Below are positions 1-13,704 of a stretch of DNA of 64,000 nt, in pieces. Both the position numbers and the translations under genes were made by a program. The stretch is from positions 4,836,001 to 4,900,000 of the forward strand of contig NC_043011.1 in assembly GCF_006345805.1 (NCBI RefSeq). Direction: 5' to 3'. The stretch's first letter is position 1, and each line of letters opens with the position of its first letter. The notes beneath the pieces were generated by a model that was given only the letters and a program-made list of their open reading frames with translations, was not told the origin of the DNA and did not search any database. Origin of the DNA: Octopus sinensis. Taxonomy: Eukaryota.

Positions 1-158
1 GGGGCCCTACATTCCAAGTTCTTTAGGAAAACTGAAGAATTACTACAATAAGTCTGTGAATCTGAGAGGGGAATATATTCAACAAAATCATAATTAACTG
101 ATCCTCCCCTATTTTCTTTTACCCAAAGCCAGACAGGAACTTTTCAGCACACCCTCGT
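1..158 (+). mobile_element. 3' end of a mariner-like transposon (transposase C-terminus plus right TIR), truncated by the window edge
   Basis: Translates NYYNKSVNLRGEYIQQ, resembling the mariner C-terminal motif (R(W/Y)xKC..xGxY.E); ends ...GAACTTTTCAGCACACCCTCG, a mariner-type TIR end. Confidence 0.6.
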
Positions 159-167
159 GTGTGGGTG

Positions 168-203
<36 letters not shown>

Positions 204-379
204 TGTATGTGTGTGTACAAGCGGATACATTTACACATATATATATGTATGTATACACACATACACACACAGACACTTATATACTAACATTTGATTGATA
301 TACACACAATTTTAATGAAATAATTGTTTTCGCAGTTGCTAAAAACATCATTTTATATATATATATAAAAAAAAACTGT

Positions 380-855
380 TGCTATTGTTATTGTTGTTGT
401 TGTTCTTATTGTTCCTGTTACCGATGTTAAATTACATGGTGTTGTTGTTTCTTTTATTGTTTATATTATTGTTGTTGATAGATTTGTTTTTGTCATTACT
501 ATGATTGTTCTTGTCTTTTTTTGTTGTTGTTTATCTTGTAAATTGTTTTTGACACTGCTTTAATTGATATTTTTCTTTCTTTATTTATCAGTGTTATTGT
601 TGTGGATGTTGTTGTTGTTGTCGTTGTTTCTATTGCTGTTGTTTGTTGTTTGCTGTTGTTTTTTGTTGTTTTTTGTTGTAATTTGCCTGTTTTAAATCGT
701 TTCGCCGTTGTTAATGCTGCTTGCATCGTGATTACTCATGCATTGTGTTTATGCTGTTGGTGACGATGTTGACACCAATGATGATGATGATGACGATGAT
801 GATGATGATGATGACGACGATGATGATGATGATGATGATTATGATGATGATGATA

Positions 856-886
<31 letters not shown>

Positions 887-1303
887 CGATGATGATGATG
901 ATGATGATGGCGGTGAGGCTGATAATGATGACGACTGCGGTGACGATGACGACGACGATGATCAGGATGGCTGTGATGACTATAACGAGGAAGATGACGA
1001 CTACAACGACGGCGAAGGCTGCGAAGACTGCGACGACGATGATGACGATGGTGATGATGACGATGGTGATGATGACGATGGTGATGGTTCTGACGTCGAC
1101 GACGACGGTAATAATGAGAATGATGACGAGGATTACAAAGATGATAATGATAATGACGATGAATACGACGACAACGACGCCGCCGCCGCCGCCGCCAACG
1201 ACGATGATGATAATGATGATGATGAAGATGATAATAATCGGGATGATGATGATGATGATTGTAGTGGTGGTGGAGGTGGTGGATTTGGGGATGATGATAA
1301 TGT

Positions 1304-1349
<46 letters not shown>

Positions 1350-1657
1350 GGTGGTGGTGGTGATGATGATGATGATGATGATGATGATGACGACAACGGC
1401 ATCGATGTTGATGCTATGGTAAGGAAGAGGCAACGGAATTCTGACCTTCACAATGGGTGGATTGCATTCTCCTTCTTTGCGAGTTCTAATCTTAGTAGAG
1501 TCCAAAGTAGTTGTTGACCTCTCAGAGCGACGTAAGAGGAACAAAGATAGAAACCCTCAGTCATGCACTGGCGTCTGTTACTTTCAACAGTACCCTCGTC
1601 CAGCTTCGTATGATCATCACCATCCTTACGGTTAAGAAGCAACAGAGTATGTAGTAA

Positions 1658-1711
<54 letters not shown>

Positions 1712-1878
1712 TAGTAGTAGTGGTAGTAGTAGTAATAGTAGTAGTGGTAGTAGTAGTAATAGTAGTAGTAGTAGTAGTGGTGGTGGTGGTGGTGGTAGTA
1801 GTAGTTGCTGTTGTTGTTGTTGTAGTAGTAGTAGTAGTAGTATTAGTAGTAGTAGTAATAATAGTAGTAGTAGTAGTG

Positions 1879-1928
<50 letters not shown>

Positions 1929-1956
1929 GGTGGTAGTAGTTGCTGTTGTTGTTGTT

Positions 1957-1992
<36 letters not shown>

Positions 1993-2115
1993 ATAGTAGT
2001 AATAGTAGTAGTAGTAGTGGTAGTAGTAGTAGTAGTAGTAGTAGTGATTAGTAGTAGTAGTAGAGTAGTAATAGTAGTAGTGGTAGTAGTAGTAGTAGTA
2101 GTAGTAGTTATAGTT

Positions 2116-2148
<33 letters not shown>

Positions 2149-2150
2149 AA
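380..2150. repeat. Compound trinucleotide microsatellite tract: degenerate (GTT)n, then (GAT/GAC/GGT)n, then (GTA/GTG)n
   Basis: Directly visible; produces poly-M/D/I/V/S ORF artefacts. Confidence 0.95.
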
Positions 2151-2470
2151 GTCCTTCGCTCGTTATGGAGCAAAGCCATTGGCAATTTTGCTCTTCTCTT
2201 CTCGACTCAGTACAGAGGGCACCTCACTGAGGGAAGGCCTTCCTCTCCCAAGCTTTGATGCTTTTGTCATACCATCGATGTTTCTATAACTTTGTTATTT
2301 CCTATTCTCAACGCAGTCCCCTTTTTTTACCTCCTGGAAAAAGTGGTCCGTATTAATCTAGTCCTTTTGATCAGCCGAGCATGATCGGCCTTACCAGGAG
2401 CTGGCGTTCCGCTGGCATAGCTCTAGGGTCCCTGAAGCAAACAAACCAGCAGACAGCAACAAGAACTGGA
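2150..2470 (-). mobile_element. Degenerate RTE-clade LINE-related remnant
   Basis: cttaccaggagc...ggcatagctctagggtc...gcaaacaaacc resembles, from memory, the reverse complement of an RTE/Expander 5' UTR motif. Confidence 0.35.
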
Positions 2471-2891
2471 CCTTGTAAGGATTGAAGGAGATTTGGCTTA
2501 TATTTTTGACCTGGTGAGCTGAGGCAGTGAACTGGCCGAGTCCTTAGAGTATCTGATAGAATGATCCATAGTAATTATTGCGACTCTATTCTCTGAGATC
2601 GAATACTGACAAGGTCATCGTTGACTTTCGTTCTTTCGAGATCGAAAACAATTAGCGAAATTGTAAGAAGGTCGATTCAGATATCTAGCGGTATTTGTTT
2701 AGTCTCTTTGCGTTTTGAATCCAAATCCCACCATGGCGTACTTGCGCGGTAGACTTAACTCGTCACCCGGCTTATTGCGAACATCTGATCCAGGTTTCCG
2801 GTCTGAGGTTACCTATCTACCAACAGCCTAGACTCTGTAATGGAGGCATGCGCACTGCTTTCCACTTAACTAAAAGATTAAAAAAGAAAGT

Positions 2892-3616
2892 GCGTGGTTG
2901 TGTAGTAAGAAGCTACCTACTCAACCACATGGTTCTGAGTTCAGTCCCACCCATGGAACATAGGGCAAGTGTCTTCTACTGTAGCTTTGGGACAACTAAC
3001 GGTTTGTGAGTGGTTTTGGTAGACGGAAACTGAAAGGAGCCTCTCCTGTCTCCAAATCTTTTCCTCACCCCTTCACAGTTCTCTGTCTGTGACTCTCTCT
3101 CCCTCACTCTGCCTCCTTTGCTCACGTGGCTCCCACGTGACCATCGGTCATTCTCCTAACTTGTGTTTCTTTCTTTCTTCTTATTTCAGCTGCACAGGGA
3201 AGACATATTGTTCTCTGTCTCCTGTCCAGATTTGTTTCTTCGCGTTCGCCACCACAACCTCATTTAGGCTTAGCAGCCCTTCTTGTTTGTTTTCACTATC
3301 CTGCTTTTATCACCAATCTTGATTCTCTTCAAGATCGCAAATTTTATTTAATTTGCTTTGCGAGTGCAACTGTTTTATCGAAGGCGTATCTTGTCGTGAA
3401 TTGCTCGAAATACGGATTAGAAAAACGGCCGACAACTGATGAAGAGTCGTTCCTTGTGTTTCTTGTCTTGTTTTCCATTTGTTTCTTTCGTTGCTTGCAA
3501 AAAATCCTTATTCCACATCCTCGTATTTCGTATTAATTTTTGTTTATGTTTTGTGACGTCCTGTGCCCACATATGCTTATGTACATACGTAAACATGTAT
3601 GTACGTATACGTATAC

Positions 3617-3651
<35 letters not shown>

Positions 3652-3880
3652 TTATCTATATTATATTATATTATATATACATACATACATACATACATAC
3701 ATATGTATGTGTGTGTGTGCTTTCCTTACCTCGCCTGACAACCGTTGTTGGTTTGTTTATGACCACGTAACTTAGCGATTCGACAAAAGTGTCCAATAGA
3801 ATAAGTACCAGGGTTGATTTGCTCGGCTAAAACCCTTTAAGTCGTTGCCACAGCATGGCCATGATCCATTGACTGAAATA
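2892..3880 (+). mobile_element. Old family-A SINE split by insertion of a ribozyme-bearing element (3041 to ~3600)
   Basis: tRNA-like head and core at 2892-3040 and 3' half at ~3715-3880 match the intact copies (e.g. 37290-37750). Confidence 0.8.
3385..3447 (+). ncRNA. Non-circularly permuted hammerhead ribozyme candidate, copy 1
   Basis: CGTAT-C-TTGTCG..GCTC-GAAA-TACG..CGACAA-CTGATGA-A-GAGT; stems III, I and II all pair; predicted cut after 3390 (AUC). Confidence 0.75.
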
Positions 3881-4114
3881 ATGTATCTTAGCTACGATCT
3901 GATGTTTCATTCATTGATGGTTTGCTATGTTTCAAATATAATGTGATGCTTTATAGATAGCTTCCTATAGCTTTGATAAAACTTCGGGATGTTGTTCATA
4001 GATTTCCATATTCTAGCTATGCTCTGTCCAACATAGATTTGTATATATAAATGTATATATAAATTTATTTCTACGTTGAAATATTGATAAGCCTTTCCTT
4101 TATTATTATTATTA

Positions 4115-4622
4115 TTGAGTGAGAGAGCAGTGCATGCCATCAAAGTGACACTGGGGTAAAATATACGAAACCCAGTATACCTATCATGACTACCCGTCTG
4201 ATAAGGGCACACCAGGCACATGCATCACAACCATATGTGCACGACATAGTGATCTCATATCAAGATAAACAGCACATGACCTTGCAGGTGAGGCCCAATT
4301 AAAATTTTCTTCAGGTCGAGTAGCCAGCCCATCCTACTCAAAAGGTCCCTGAATAAGGATTTTTTAAGGATGCTGAACAAAACACCCATGTTTCCACAGG
4401 TGAATTATCCAAACCTCAAAGAATTCCTCTCAACACATGGCTATGATGCTCCTCCAATACTTCTGCTTGTGATCAGAGATGCACGTATCGTCAGCCACTA
4501 AGGGACATGGCCAACTAATTAAGGTTAAGCAACTGACACGCAAATCTATGGTATTGAGCAGAATATTTGCTGTTAGTCCATCTTTTATACCAAGACAAAA
4601 CAATGTACATGATAACACCTCC
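4115..4622 (-). mobile_element. Interspersed retroposon-like repeat with a (TAA)n tail
   Basis: ~500-bp complex sequence bounded by (ATT)n tracts; the minus strand ends in (AAT)n; family not assigned. Confidence 0.45.
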
Positions 4623-4633
4623 ATTATTTTATT

Positions 4634-4733
<100 letters not shown>

Positions 4734-4756
4734 CATTATTATCATTATTATTATTA

Positions 4757-5070
4757 TTTGCCAAAAGGGCAACAGATGAGGGGAATATTACATTTTGTGC
4801 GGGGTTTTACAAAGGGAAGAAAGACAGCTGGAGAAATGAAATGAAAGTATGATAGTGTACAAAGTGTGTGTATACTACTATGCAGCAATCCTACTGATGC
4901 AACGGAATCTCTAACTTGGACCAATCAAGAAATCCCACAGATCCAAGATCGCTCGGACCACCAAGGACACAAGCCCTTGCGAAACTCTTCTTTCCAAGTT
5001 CGAAGGCGCATGCTTAGAGTAGGATTGTTCAGCCTAATCATTTTTGGCAGAGTCACCCAGTTTTGACAAA
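4757..5070 (-). mobile_element. Possible 3' end of a Tx1/L1-like LINE
   Basis: Minus strand reads VKNWVTLPKMIRLNNPTLSM-like peptide, then a UTR ending ...cccttttggcaaataataat. Confidence 0.3.
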
Positions 5071-5778
5071 TTCACTGGGAAATAATAAGATGAGGTATGA
5101 TTATTTTGTGTGTGTTATTGAGAAAGAGGGTGAGAAAGGGAGAGAGTGAGGTAAGAGAGTGGCGAGGGAGAGACGTGAGAGAGAGAGAGAGAGAGTTGGT
5201 AGAAAGAGCTGTGAGAGAACAACGACAAAATGTGTTTGTGTGACAAAGATGACAAGGTTCGGATAGATTAACAGACTCGTAGTTGGAAAGAGACACAGAT
5301 TTGGTTAGTTAAAAGTGAGGGAGAGAAAACAGGAGGGAAACGCAGGGAGAAAAAGGGAATCCAGTCTTTTTTCTTTCTTTCTTTTTTTCCAAGGAATAAG
5401 GTCAAGTTAGATAATTATTGCTGGTTTTGAAAAATAATGATTTGTAAGTTAGGCACAAGGCCAGAAATTTAAGGCGACTGATAAAAACAATCACAAAAAA
5501 GAAGAACAACAACAACATAAACACACACGCATGCGCGCGGGCTAAACATTTTACTACTATTTATTTTCTCTAGACTAGAATGATGAAAGGTAAATAGAAA
5601 GCCAGTATTAAATAAAATAGGATATTTAGATTTATTCGTCTGCCATAGAAGAACGTTCTCTTGGAATTGACTTAGCTGAGCTCATTAGCGTTTAATAGAT
5701 CACGAGGAAAATCTACACAAACATATATATGCATGATGCGTGTGTATGTGTGTGTGTGTTTGTGTGTGTGTATATATA

Positions 5779-5906
5779 TATATAAGCCATTTACGATTAA
5801 CAATCAGAGACTGAATAGAAAAAAGGAGACAGGTCCTCCCACGAGACTCAAAACCCGTATGCTTCTTAATTCTTAATTGTTGATATAAGTGAGTATGTGT
5901 GTGTGG

Positions 5907-5955
<49 letters not shown>

Positions 5956-6818
5956 AAGAAAGAGTGTGTGTGTGTGTATGTGTGTTTGTGAGTGTGTGTG
6001 TGAGCTAAATTAAGATCTTTATTTCGGTGTTAGTTTAAGAATAACAACAGAACATTTATTAATTGAGGTTTGCCTCTACTCTGAGGTAAATTTGTTTTAA
6101 AGAATGCGTTGATTGGGATTTCGAGTCTCGACTCTTAACTTATTCACTCGGGCAGAATAAGCTGTTTGGCGAAACTAGGCAACTAGGCAACTGGCAACTC
6201 GATCTTTACATACAATACGAGTGTGTGTGTGTGTGTGTCTTCCAGTATGAAGGCGCGTGGCTTAGTGGGTAGGGTGTTCGGCTCTCGAATCGTAAAGCCG
6301 TGAGTTCGATAACCGGCAGTGCGTTGTGTCCTTGGGCAAGGCACTTTATTTCAAGTTGCTCCAGTCCAGTTAGCCTTGTCACATTCTGTGTCATGCTGAA
6401 TCTCCCTGAGAACTACGTTAAGGGTTCGCGTGTCTGTGGAGTGCTTTATCAATTCTACTTTAATTTCATGAATAGGCTGTCCCGTTGATCGGATCAACTG
6501 GAACGCTCGTCGTCGTGGCCGACGGAGAACCAGTATCCTCTCGTTCATTTTAAATGCATCATATAACAATATGCTAATTAATGTAACACATTGCAGTTTC
6601 CTACACTACGCGGCATTACACTATCTGGTAACTTAACTATTTAGAAAGATAAAAACACACACACACACGCACACACACGCACATACGCACACACACACAC
6701 ACATGCATACTCATTTATATCAACAATTAAGAAGCATACGGGTTTTGAGTTTCGTGGAAGGATCTCTCTCCTTTTTTCTATTCAGTCTCTGATTGTTAAT
6801 CGTAAATGGCTTATATAT
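5779..6818. repeat. ~115-bp imperfect inverted repeats (5779-5897 and 6706-6818) enclosing ~800 bp; MITE/foldback-like
   Basis: tataagccatttacgattaacaatcagagactgaatag...gagtatg is the reverse complement of catactc...tggcttata, with a few substitutions and one indel. Confidence 0.85.
6251..6527 (+). mobile_element. Family-B tRNA-derived SINE
   Basis: A-box (tggcttagtgg), B-box (gagttcgata), core ccttgggcaaggcac, tail ...cgtcgtcgtggccgacggag; matches 42789-43106. Confidence 0.85.
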
Positions 6819-7010
6819 TTGTGTTTTCGTCTTTGTTGCCGTACACATTCCCTGGCTTTCTTACAAAGGGGTCTAATGCTCTTAGTATATGTTTGTGTGT
6901 GCATAGATTTGCAAATATATACACGTGTACTTCTGTACATTAACAATGTATATGTATAATATATGTATATGTATATTATAGATATATATATATATAATAT
7001 ATATATATAT

Positions 7011-7057
<47 letters not shown>

Positions 7058-7085
7058 TGTGGTGTGTGTGTGTGTGTGGTGTGTG

Positions 7086-7119
<34 letters not shown>

Positions 7120-7147
7120 ATGTATGTATGTATATAAGCTTAATTTA

Positions 7148-7483
7148 CGCGTTCGCCACCACAACCTCGTTTAAGCATAGCAGCCCTTCCTGTTTGTTTT
7201 CACTGTCCTGTTTGTGCTACCAATTTTGAAGCTCCGCAAAACCCCAAATTTTATTTAATTTGCTTTGCGGGAGCAACTGTTTTATCGAAAGCGTATATTG
7301 TTGTTAAATGCTCGAAATACGAGAATAGAAAAACACCCGACAACTGATGAAGGGTTGTTCTTTGTGTTGTTTGTCTTGTTTTCCATTTGTGTCTTTCATT
7401 GTTCGAAAAACTAGTTCATATTTCATGTACTCGTACTTCGTATTTTTCTGTTGAACACATTTTTGACGTCCTGTGCCCACATA

Positions 7484-7490
<7 letters not shown>
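7148..7490 (+). mobile_element. Non-autonomous ribozyme-bearing element, same family as ~3240-3600
   Basis: Colinear with ~3240-3600 (cgcgttcgccaccacaacctc...tgacgtcctgtgcccacatatgc); flanked by (TA)/(TG) repeats. Confidence 0.8.
7292..7355 (+). ncRNA. Non-circularly permuted hammerhead ribozyme candidate, copy 2
   Basis: CGTAT-A-TTGTTG..GCTC-GAAA-TACG..CGACAA-CTGATGA-A-GGGT; stem differences from copy 1 retain pairing via G-U. Confidence 0.72.
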
Positions 7491-7528
<38 letters not shown>

Positions 7529-7601
7529 TACAAAATTAGAAAATGGAGATAATATATTGATGTAAGTATGTACATATACGTATGTATTTGTGGCATATAT
7601 A

Positions 7602-7678
<77 letters not shown>

Positions 7679-8629
7679 CATATGTATATTTGTATATGTG
7701 CATATAGAATATGTATTATGTGTAACTATATATGCGTGTATATATGTATGTTCCAATCTGTTACAATACCAGATCTTCTGAAGAATCTAAAAGAATTACT
7801 TCTTAACTGTACTAAGATGAAACTTCACTCGAATCATAGTATAGTTTCTCAAAAAGTGCCACAGGATGATCATGGTTGGAGCACCTTCTAATCGTAAGTC
7901 TGTTTGGTCAGGGTCGCTCTGAAACTAAATAACAGGGACATCGTTCATCAAGACACCAAGAGTACCTCTAAAGTGGCCGTTCCACATACTTAAAATAGGC
8001 AGTCTCTCCAAATTACGGCCTAACGTCTTATAGGAAAGACGCATTGAATAACGTGGATCCGAAGACATTATTGCTTAGAAAGATTAGTTCGTCATGGCTA
8101 GAGTGTCTTAGACCATAGTTCAGCTCGATTAGGGCTGAGCTGGGCGCAAACAACAGAAGTAGATGCAAGGACATTAACTTGTACATTCCTATTTCGTCAC
8201 AGCATGAAATGAGATGAATTATTCAGCCGTTGCTTGATGTCAAGTATTTCAAGATTTGGTTTTCTTTAGCGCTGATAATCTCTTTATTTCGGAGGCAATT
8301 GTACGATTTTTTTTAGGATAAAGGATTTACTTAGAGAAAGTAAAAGAATTCCTTGAGTTTCATATTGAGATGAAATAGGAATTTACCAGCTCTGCGCGCG
8401 CGTATACGTGCGTATGAGTGTGAATTCAGACGCGTTTGCGGATTTGCGAATTTTTATTGTTCTTTTTTGTTTATAATTTACTTAAAATATGACGCTGGTG
8501 AAAAGAGGAAGATTGCTAATGATGGTAGTTTGTAGTGGGGGTGGTCGTGGTGGGTGGTCTTTTGACTGGTCGGTATATATTTAGATATAAACACACATAC
8601 ACAACATATATATACACTAATGTATACAT

Positions 8630-8665
<36 letters not shown>

Positions 8666-8734
8666 GCATGTAGATATGAATGCGCGTGCACGTGTGTACG
8701 TAGAGCTATCTTGTATAGGATACCATAATACCCT

Positions 8735-9040
8735 CTATTATAACGAGGCATTAACGAGGAGCAGCTTCAGTGAAAAATCTAGACTATACGGATAAGAACC
8801 CACTCCCGACACAGCAAAGTAAAACCAGGAAAACGGAAGTAATCTGCTTTAATCCACCACACAACCTAGAATTCAACGCGAACATAACCAGAAAGTTCTA
8901 ACGCTAATACATTATTTCCTACCTACGCATAAATACTCTGATCTCATCAAATCACACAAAGTTTTCTTACGAAGCATTTTTCTGTGTGGACAACGTAGCT
9001 TCCCAGTTCAAATACCACAATCACAAACAAACCTGTACAT
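8735..9040 (+). pseudogene. Degraded Penelope-like element ORF fragment (RT thumb/linker)
   Basis: Frameshifted peptides YNEALTRS..ICFNPPHN..NITRKF..HYFLPTHKY..HNHK match the PLE motif series WFNPP(Y/F)..NI..KF..HFP..HK..HN.K. Confidence 0.65.
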
Positions 9041-9218
9041 AAATGTGCTACTGTTATGTAACCCGAAACATAACCGTGGTACATAAATGAAAACCTGTAA
9101 ATACGCAACAAGTTCGATCATGTAAAGAGCTTTTAGCAAATTCCAAGATTTCTCAGTTGCATTCACAATTTCACCAGATAGATCTGAACATAGATATATG
9201 TATATATATTATATATAT

Positions 9219-9360
<142 letters not shown>

Positions 9361-9638
9361 TGTGTGTATGACTGAACCTCTGAGGACTGGGGCAATAAGT
9401 CACCGACTGTTTTCCCCAAAATAGTGCTTGGGGGGTACTGAGTTTTTGATTTTTCTTATGCATAAAAGTGTGCGTATGTCTGTGTATATGTGTATGCATG
9501 CACACACACACATACAAACACAAACACACATATATATTGTAGAATACGTGTGTGGGCGGGAAAATGTAGTTGGAGGTTTTTACATATATATACATACATA
9601 TATATATGTAGATATACACCACATACATACATAATACA

Positions 9639-9674
<36 letters not shown>

Positions 9675-9688
9675 TATACATACATATA

Positions 9689-9778
<90 letters not shown>

Positions 9779-9955
9779 TAACTTTTGATGTTGAAAAGAT
9801 AATAAATAAAGTTTGTTTTTAGTGATATCTCCTTATATAAATAAAGGGATAAGCCATACGCAGTTTTAAACGTGTGTGTGTGTGTAAATCTGCTAGTGTG
9901 GTAGTATTCATACATATTATACATACATATATATACATATACATACATACATACA

Positions 9956-10008
<53 letters not shown>

Positions 10009-10792
10009 GTAGATATATAGATATATATTTACATATACATACACGCACATATACACATACACACATGATAGTTATACATACTCATACATAATATGCGTGT
10101 GTGTGTGCGCTCGCGAGTGTATGCATATATATATATACAAGCATACACTACACATCAGTACACGATGATATAAAAGTACATCTTTGTAAATACAAAGACA
10201 CATATGTATAGAGGCATAAATGCACACATGAAATAATAAATATACGTAGATGATACACATAGATACATAAGCGACCTATATTTAATGGCTCTTGTCAAAA
10301 ACTGAATCTGGAAAGCTCTCAATAGCCAAACGACAGTCATAACTTTGTAGCCAATAAAATATCCTCTACGTGGTCACTTGACCTATAAGAAATAATAATC
10401 AAATCTCCCTGAAACCACACCCTGCTATCTTAATAAAGGGGGATGCAAAGGGGGTGTGGGTCAAAGCTGGAATGTCTTTGATCATAGAACTAACCAACAA
10501 CACATGGGTAAATTTTCATTTTCATAAATATAAACACATCTGCCCAAGAACACAGCATCAACGTAAAAGCTCACAATTTCAGATATGCACTTTACATAGA
10601 TGCATGAATGCATACATACACACAGGCATATATGTGTGTATGTATGTACGTATCAAAGGGTAAAATTTTTAATATAAACGATAGAAAAACAGTGTAAATA
10701 TTAACATAGGAAAGCCAGAAAAGTGCCCTTCCGACAGGATACCAATCTCGCACAGAAGGTTTGGCGCCTTTCTCGAACTCAGTCTCTCTGTT

Positions 10793-10833
<41 letters not shown>

Positions 10834-11363
10834 ATTTCCCGCCTTTTTCTCCCTGTCTCTCTGTCTTCATGTGTTTGTGTGTGTGCATATGTGGTGTGAA
10901 GTTTGCATTCCAACCACATGGCACTAGGTTCAATCCCACTGCGATGCATCTTGGTGAAGTGTCTTCTACAATAACCTCGGATCGACCAAAGCCTTGCGAG
11001 TGAATTTGACAGACAGAAACTGAAAGAATCCCTTAATATAACTGAAGGACGAGTACTATCCTAGTATATAAGCGTGTTATATTTGAATGTGTGTAAGTGT
11101 GTGGATGAGCGAAGATAAATAGAAGGCGAGAGATTTAACGAGTGGTAGAGATGCAGAAATAGAGGGAGGCATTGTAAACTGTTGGTTTGTAAGGACGATG
11201 GTTCTACAGGCAAAAAAAGGTGAGCAGGCAGTGAAATATAGTGTGATGTAAGAAAGAGCGAGAGAAGAAGTGTCAGCGCGAGTAAGTTATAGAGTAAGAA
11301 AGGAGGAAAGATGGAAAAAATACAATTCCCATCTTAATACAATTCCCATCAACATGAAATAAT

Positions 11364-11599
11364 TATTTCTTTATTACCCACAAGGGGCTAAGCATAAAGA
11401 GGACAAACAAGGACAGACATAGGTATTAAGTCGATTACATCGACCCCAGTGCGTAACTGGTACTTAATTTATCGACCCCGAACGGATGAAAGGCAAAGCT
11501 GACCCCGGCGGAATTTGAACTCACAACGTAACGGCAGACGAAATACCGCAAATCATTTCGCCCGGTGTGCTAACGTTTCTGCCAGCTCGCCGCCTTATA
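11364..11599 (-). mobile_element. Family-C SINE (Nin/Deu-like central domain) with a 14-bp TSD
   Basis: Core gctttgcctttcatccgttcggggtcgataaattaagtaccag; TSD caacatgaaataat at 11350-11363 and 11600-11613. Confidence 0.9.
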
Positions 11600-11711
11600 C
11601 AACATGAAATAATGTAACAAGGCTGAAACTTCGGATTACATGTACAATGCACAGAGAGAGGGGGAGATGGGGGAGAGAGGAGTGAGGGAGGGGAAAGGAA
11701 GAGGAGAGGGA

Positions 11712-11754
<43 letters not shown>

Positions 11755-12316
11755 AGATACCCCAGTACTAAACAGCTATTACATTAATCGACCTCGAAAG
11801 AGTAAAATGCCAAATTGACTGCCATAGGATATGAACTTAGAGCGCAGACAGCCTGGACTTATACGACAACGCACTCCATTCGACGATTTAACGAATCTGA
11901 AAAGACTTTAAAAATTAACGCGTGTGTGTGTTTGTGTGTATCTTTGTGTGTGAGCATGTGTGCAAGGACTTGCGCTTGCTTGAATGAATGTATATATATT
12001 ATGCTATGTTATGGTTAGTCTGTGATTGCCACTGATGCTAAAAATGATTGTCCAGCTCTAGCAAGCAAAATCTTCAGCTGGGAATTACATGACCGTAAAT
12101 TCTGATTGATAGCGGCACGCTTTCAATCTCATTTTGAAGGCAATTTTACCTCTCCTACGCCATGAATGACCTTCTGCAAGCATAACACATCACATAATCC
12201 CATCGCACTTCAAACCAAATGTAATACCTTTGTGCCAACACAAACATAACAACTCTAACCCGAACGAGATGTTCGGGTTAGAGACCTTCAGATATTTCTA
12301 TGTATGTTTGTGTAAA

Positions 12317-12605
12317 GGTGCGTAGATTAGCGGTTAGGGTATTCGGCTCATCATCGTGAGGTCGTGAGTTCGATTCCCGGCGACGTGTTGTGTCCTTGAG
12401 CAAGACACTTTATTTCAGGTTGCTCCAGTTCATTCTCAGCTGGCAAAAATGAGTAGTAGCTGTATTTCAAAGGGCCAGCCTTGTCACATTCTGTCACGCT
12501 GAATCTCACAGAGATCTACGTTGAGGGTACTCGTGTCTGTGGAGTACTCAGCCACTTACACGTGGCCATTTTACACGTAGGTTGTTCCGTCGATCGATGG
12601 AGTGC
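12317..12605 (+). mobile_element. Family-B SINE
   Basis: Same head, core and tail as 6251-6527 and 42789-43106. Confidence 0.85.
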
Positions 12606-12912
12606 CTGTTCTGTGTGTGTTTGTAAAAGTGTGTAGCTATGTGAGTGCGTATGCATGTGAATGAGTGCATGTCAAAGTCTAGGTATGTGCACAAACGCAC
12701 GCACACACACACACGCACACACACTAACACGCGCGTGCGCATTACTCTGCATTTTCATATATGTATGCACATATAAATTTATGTAGTATGCATGCGTAAA
12801 TGTAAATATGTAAATGTATACGTATATGCGTGTTCGTGTGTGTTCGTATGTATGTATATTTATATGTAATTGTATGTGTTGTTGTGTATGTATGTATGTA
12901 TATATATTATTA

Positions 12913-12973
<61 letters not shown>

Positions 12974-13704
12974 CAAGAGAGTGAGAGAGAGATAGGTAGA
13001 GAGAAAGAGGGAGAGATAGGTAGAGAGAAAGAGGGAGAGATAGGCGTTATCGGAGTGTAACATGAAACGAATATCACACAAGATAAACGATGCATGATTT
13101 TCTTGGAATGTGAAATTCTATTTACATACTCACATACACTCATACAGCCATTCACACACGTACACGCACACGCACACATACACACACGCATTCACACACA
13201 CACACACACGCATAGCCATTCACACTCATACATACACACAAGCATACATATTCGCACGCATCCAGTATATTATCTCACCTGTACTCATCAGGTAAAAATA
13301 GCCGTTATTCTACATTAAGCATAGCTTAATGATGCATATACTAGGTGTGGTCAGTTGTTATCACAGTTGCAGTCCCGTTGCAGTATTTGACGAAACCAAC
13401 CAGAAAGTGGCCGGAACTAACATCTACTGACGTCACTGCCTCAACTTACGTAACCCAGATGATCATCCCAGGTGTGATTAATCATTAACGGAGTTATTTA
13501 GTTGAACTATATCAAACAGAAGCTGCCGGTATCTGATATCTGCAGACACTAGTGTTTTACTACAATTCTCTTTTGGAGTGAAACTTGGATTCAATCTCTC
13601 TTTCTCTCTGCCTCTCTCTCTCTCTCTTTCTCAGTCTCTCTCTGTTTCTCTGTTTCTCTCTCCCTCTCTTGCAATGGTTTAGTCACGGAATCTCTTTGAA
13701 TTAT

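Noticed and set aside
721-1544. Poly-Asp ORF 738-1517 (aspein-like acidic protein?) and overlapping poly-Met/poly-Ile ORFs
   Set aside because: Expected frames of a (GAT)n microsatellite within a larger GTT/GAT/GTA tract; no signal peptide or other coding evidence
1705-2289. Poly-Val ORF
   Set aside because: (GTA)n translation artefact
13340-13560. Possible exon with a minus-strand GTAAGT donor and a TGACGTCA site
   Set aside because: All three minus frames are blocked by stops; the short plus frame is unrecognisable and lies next to a Tc1 remnant
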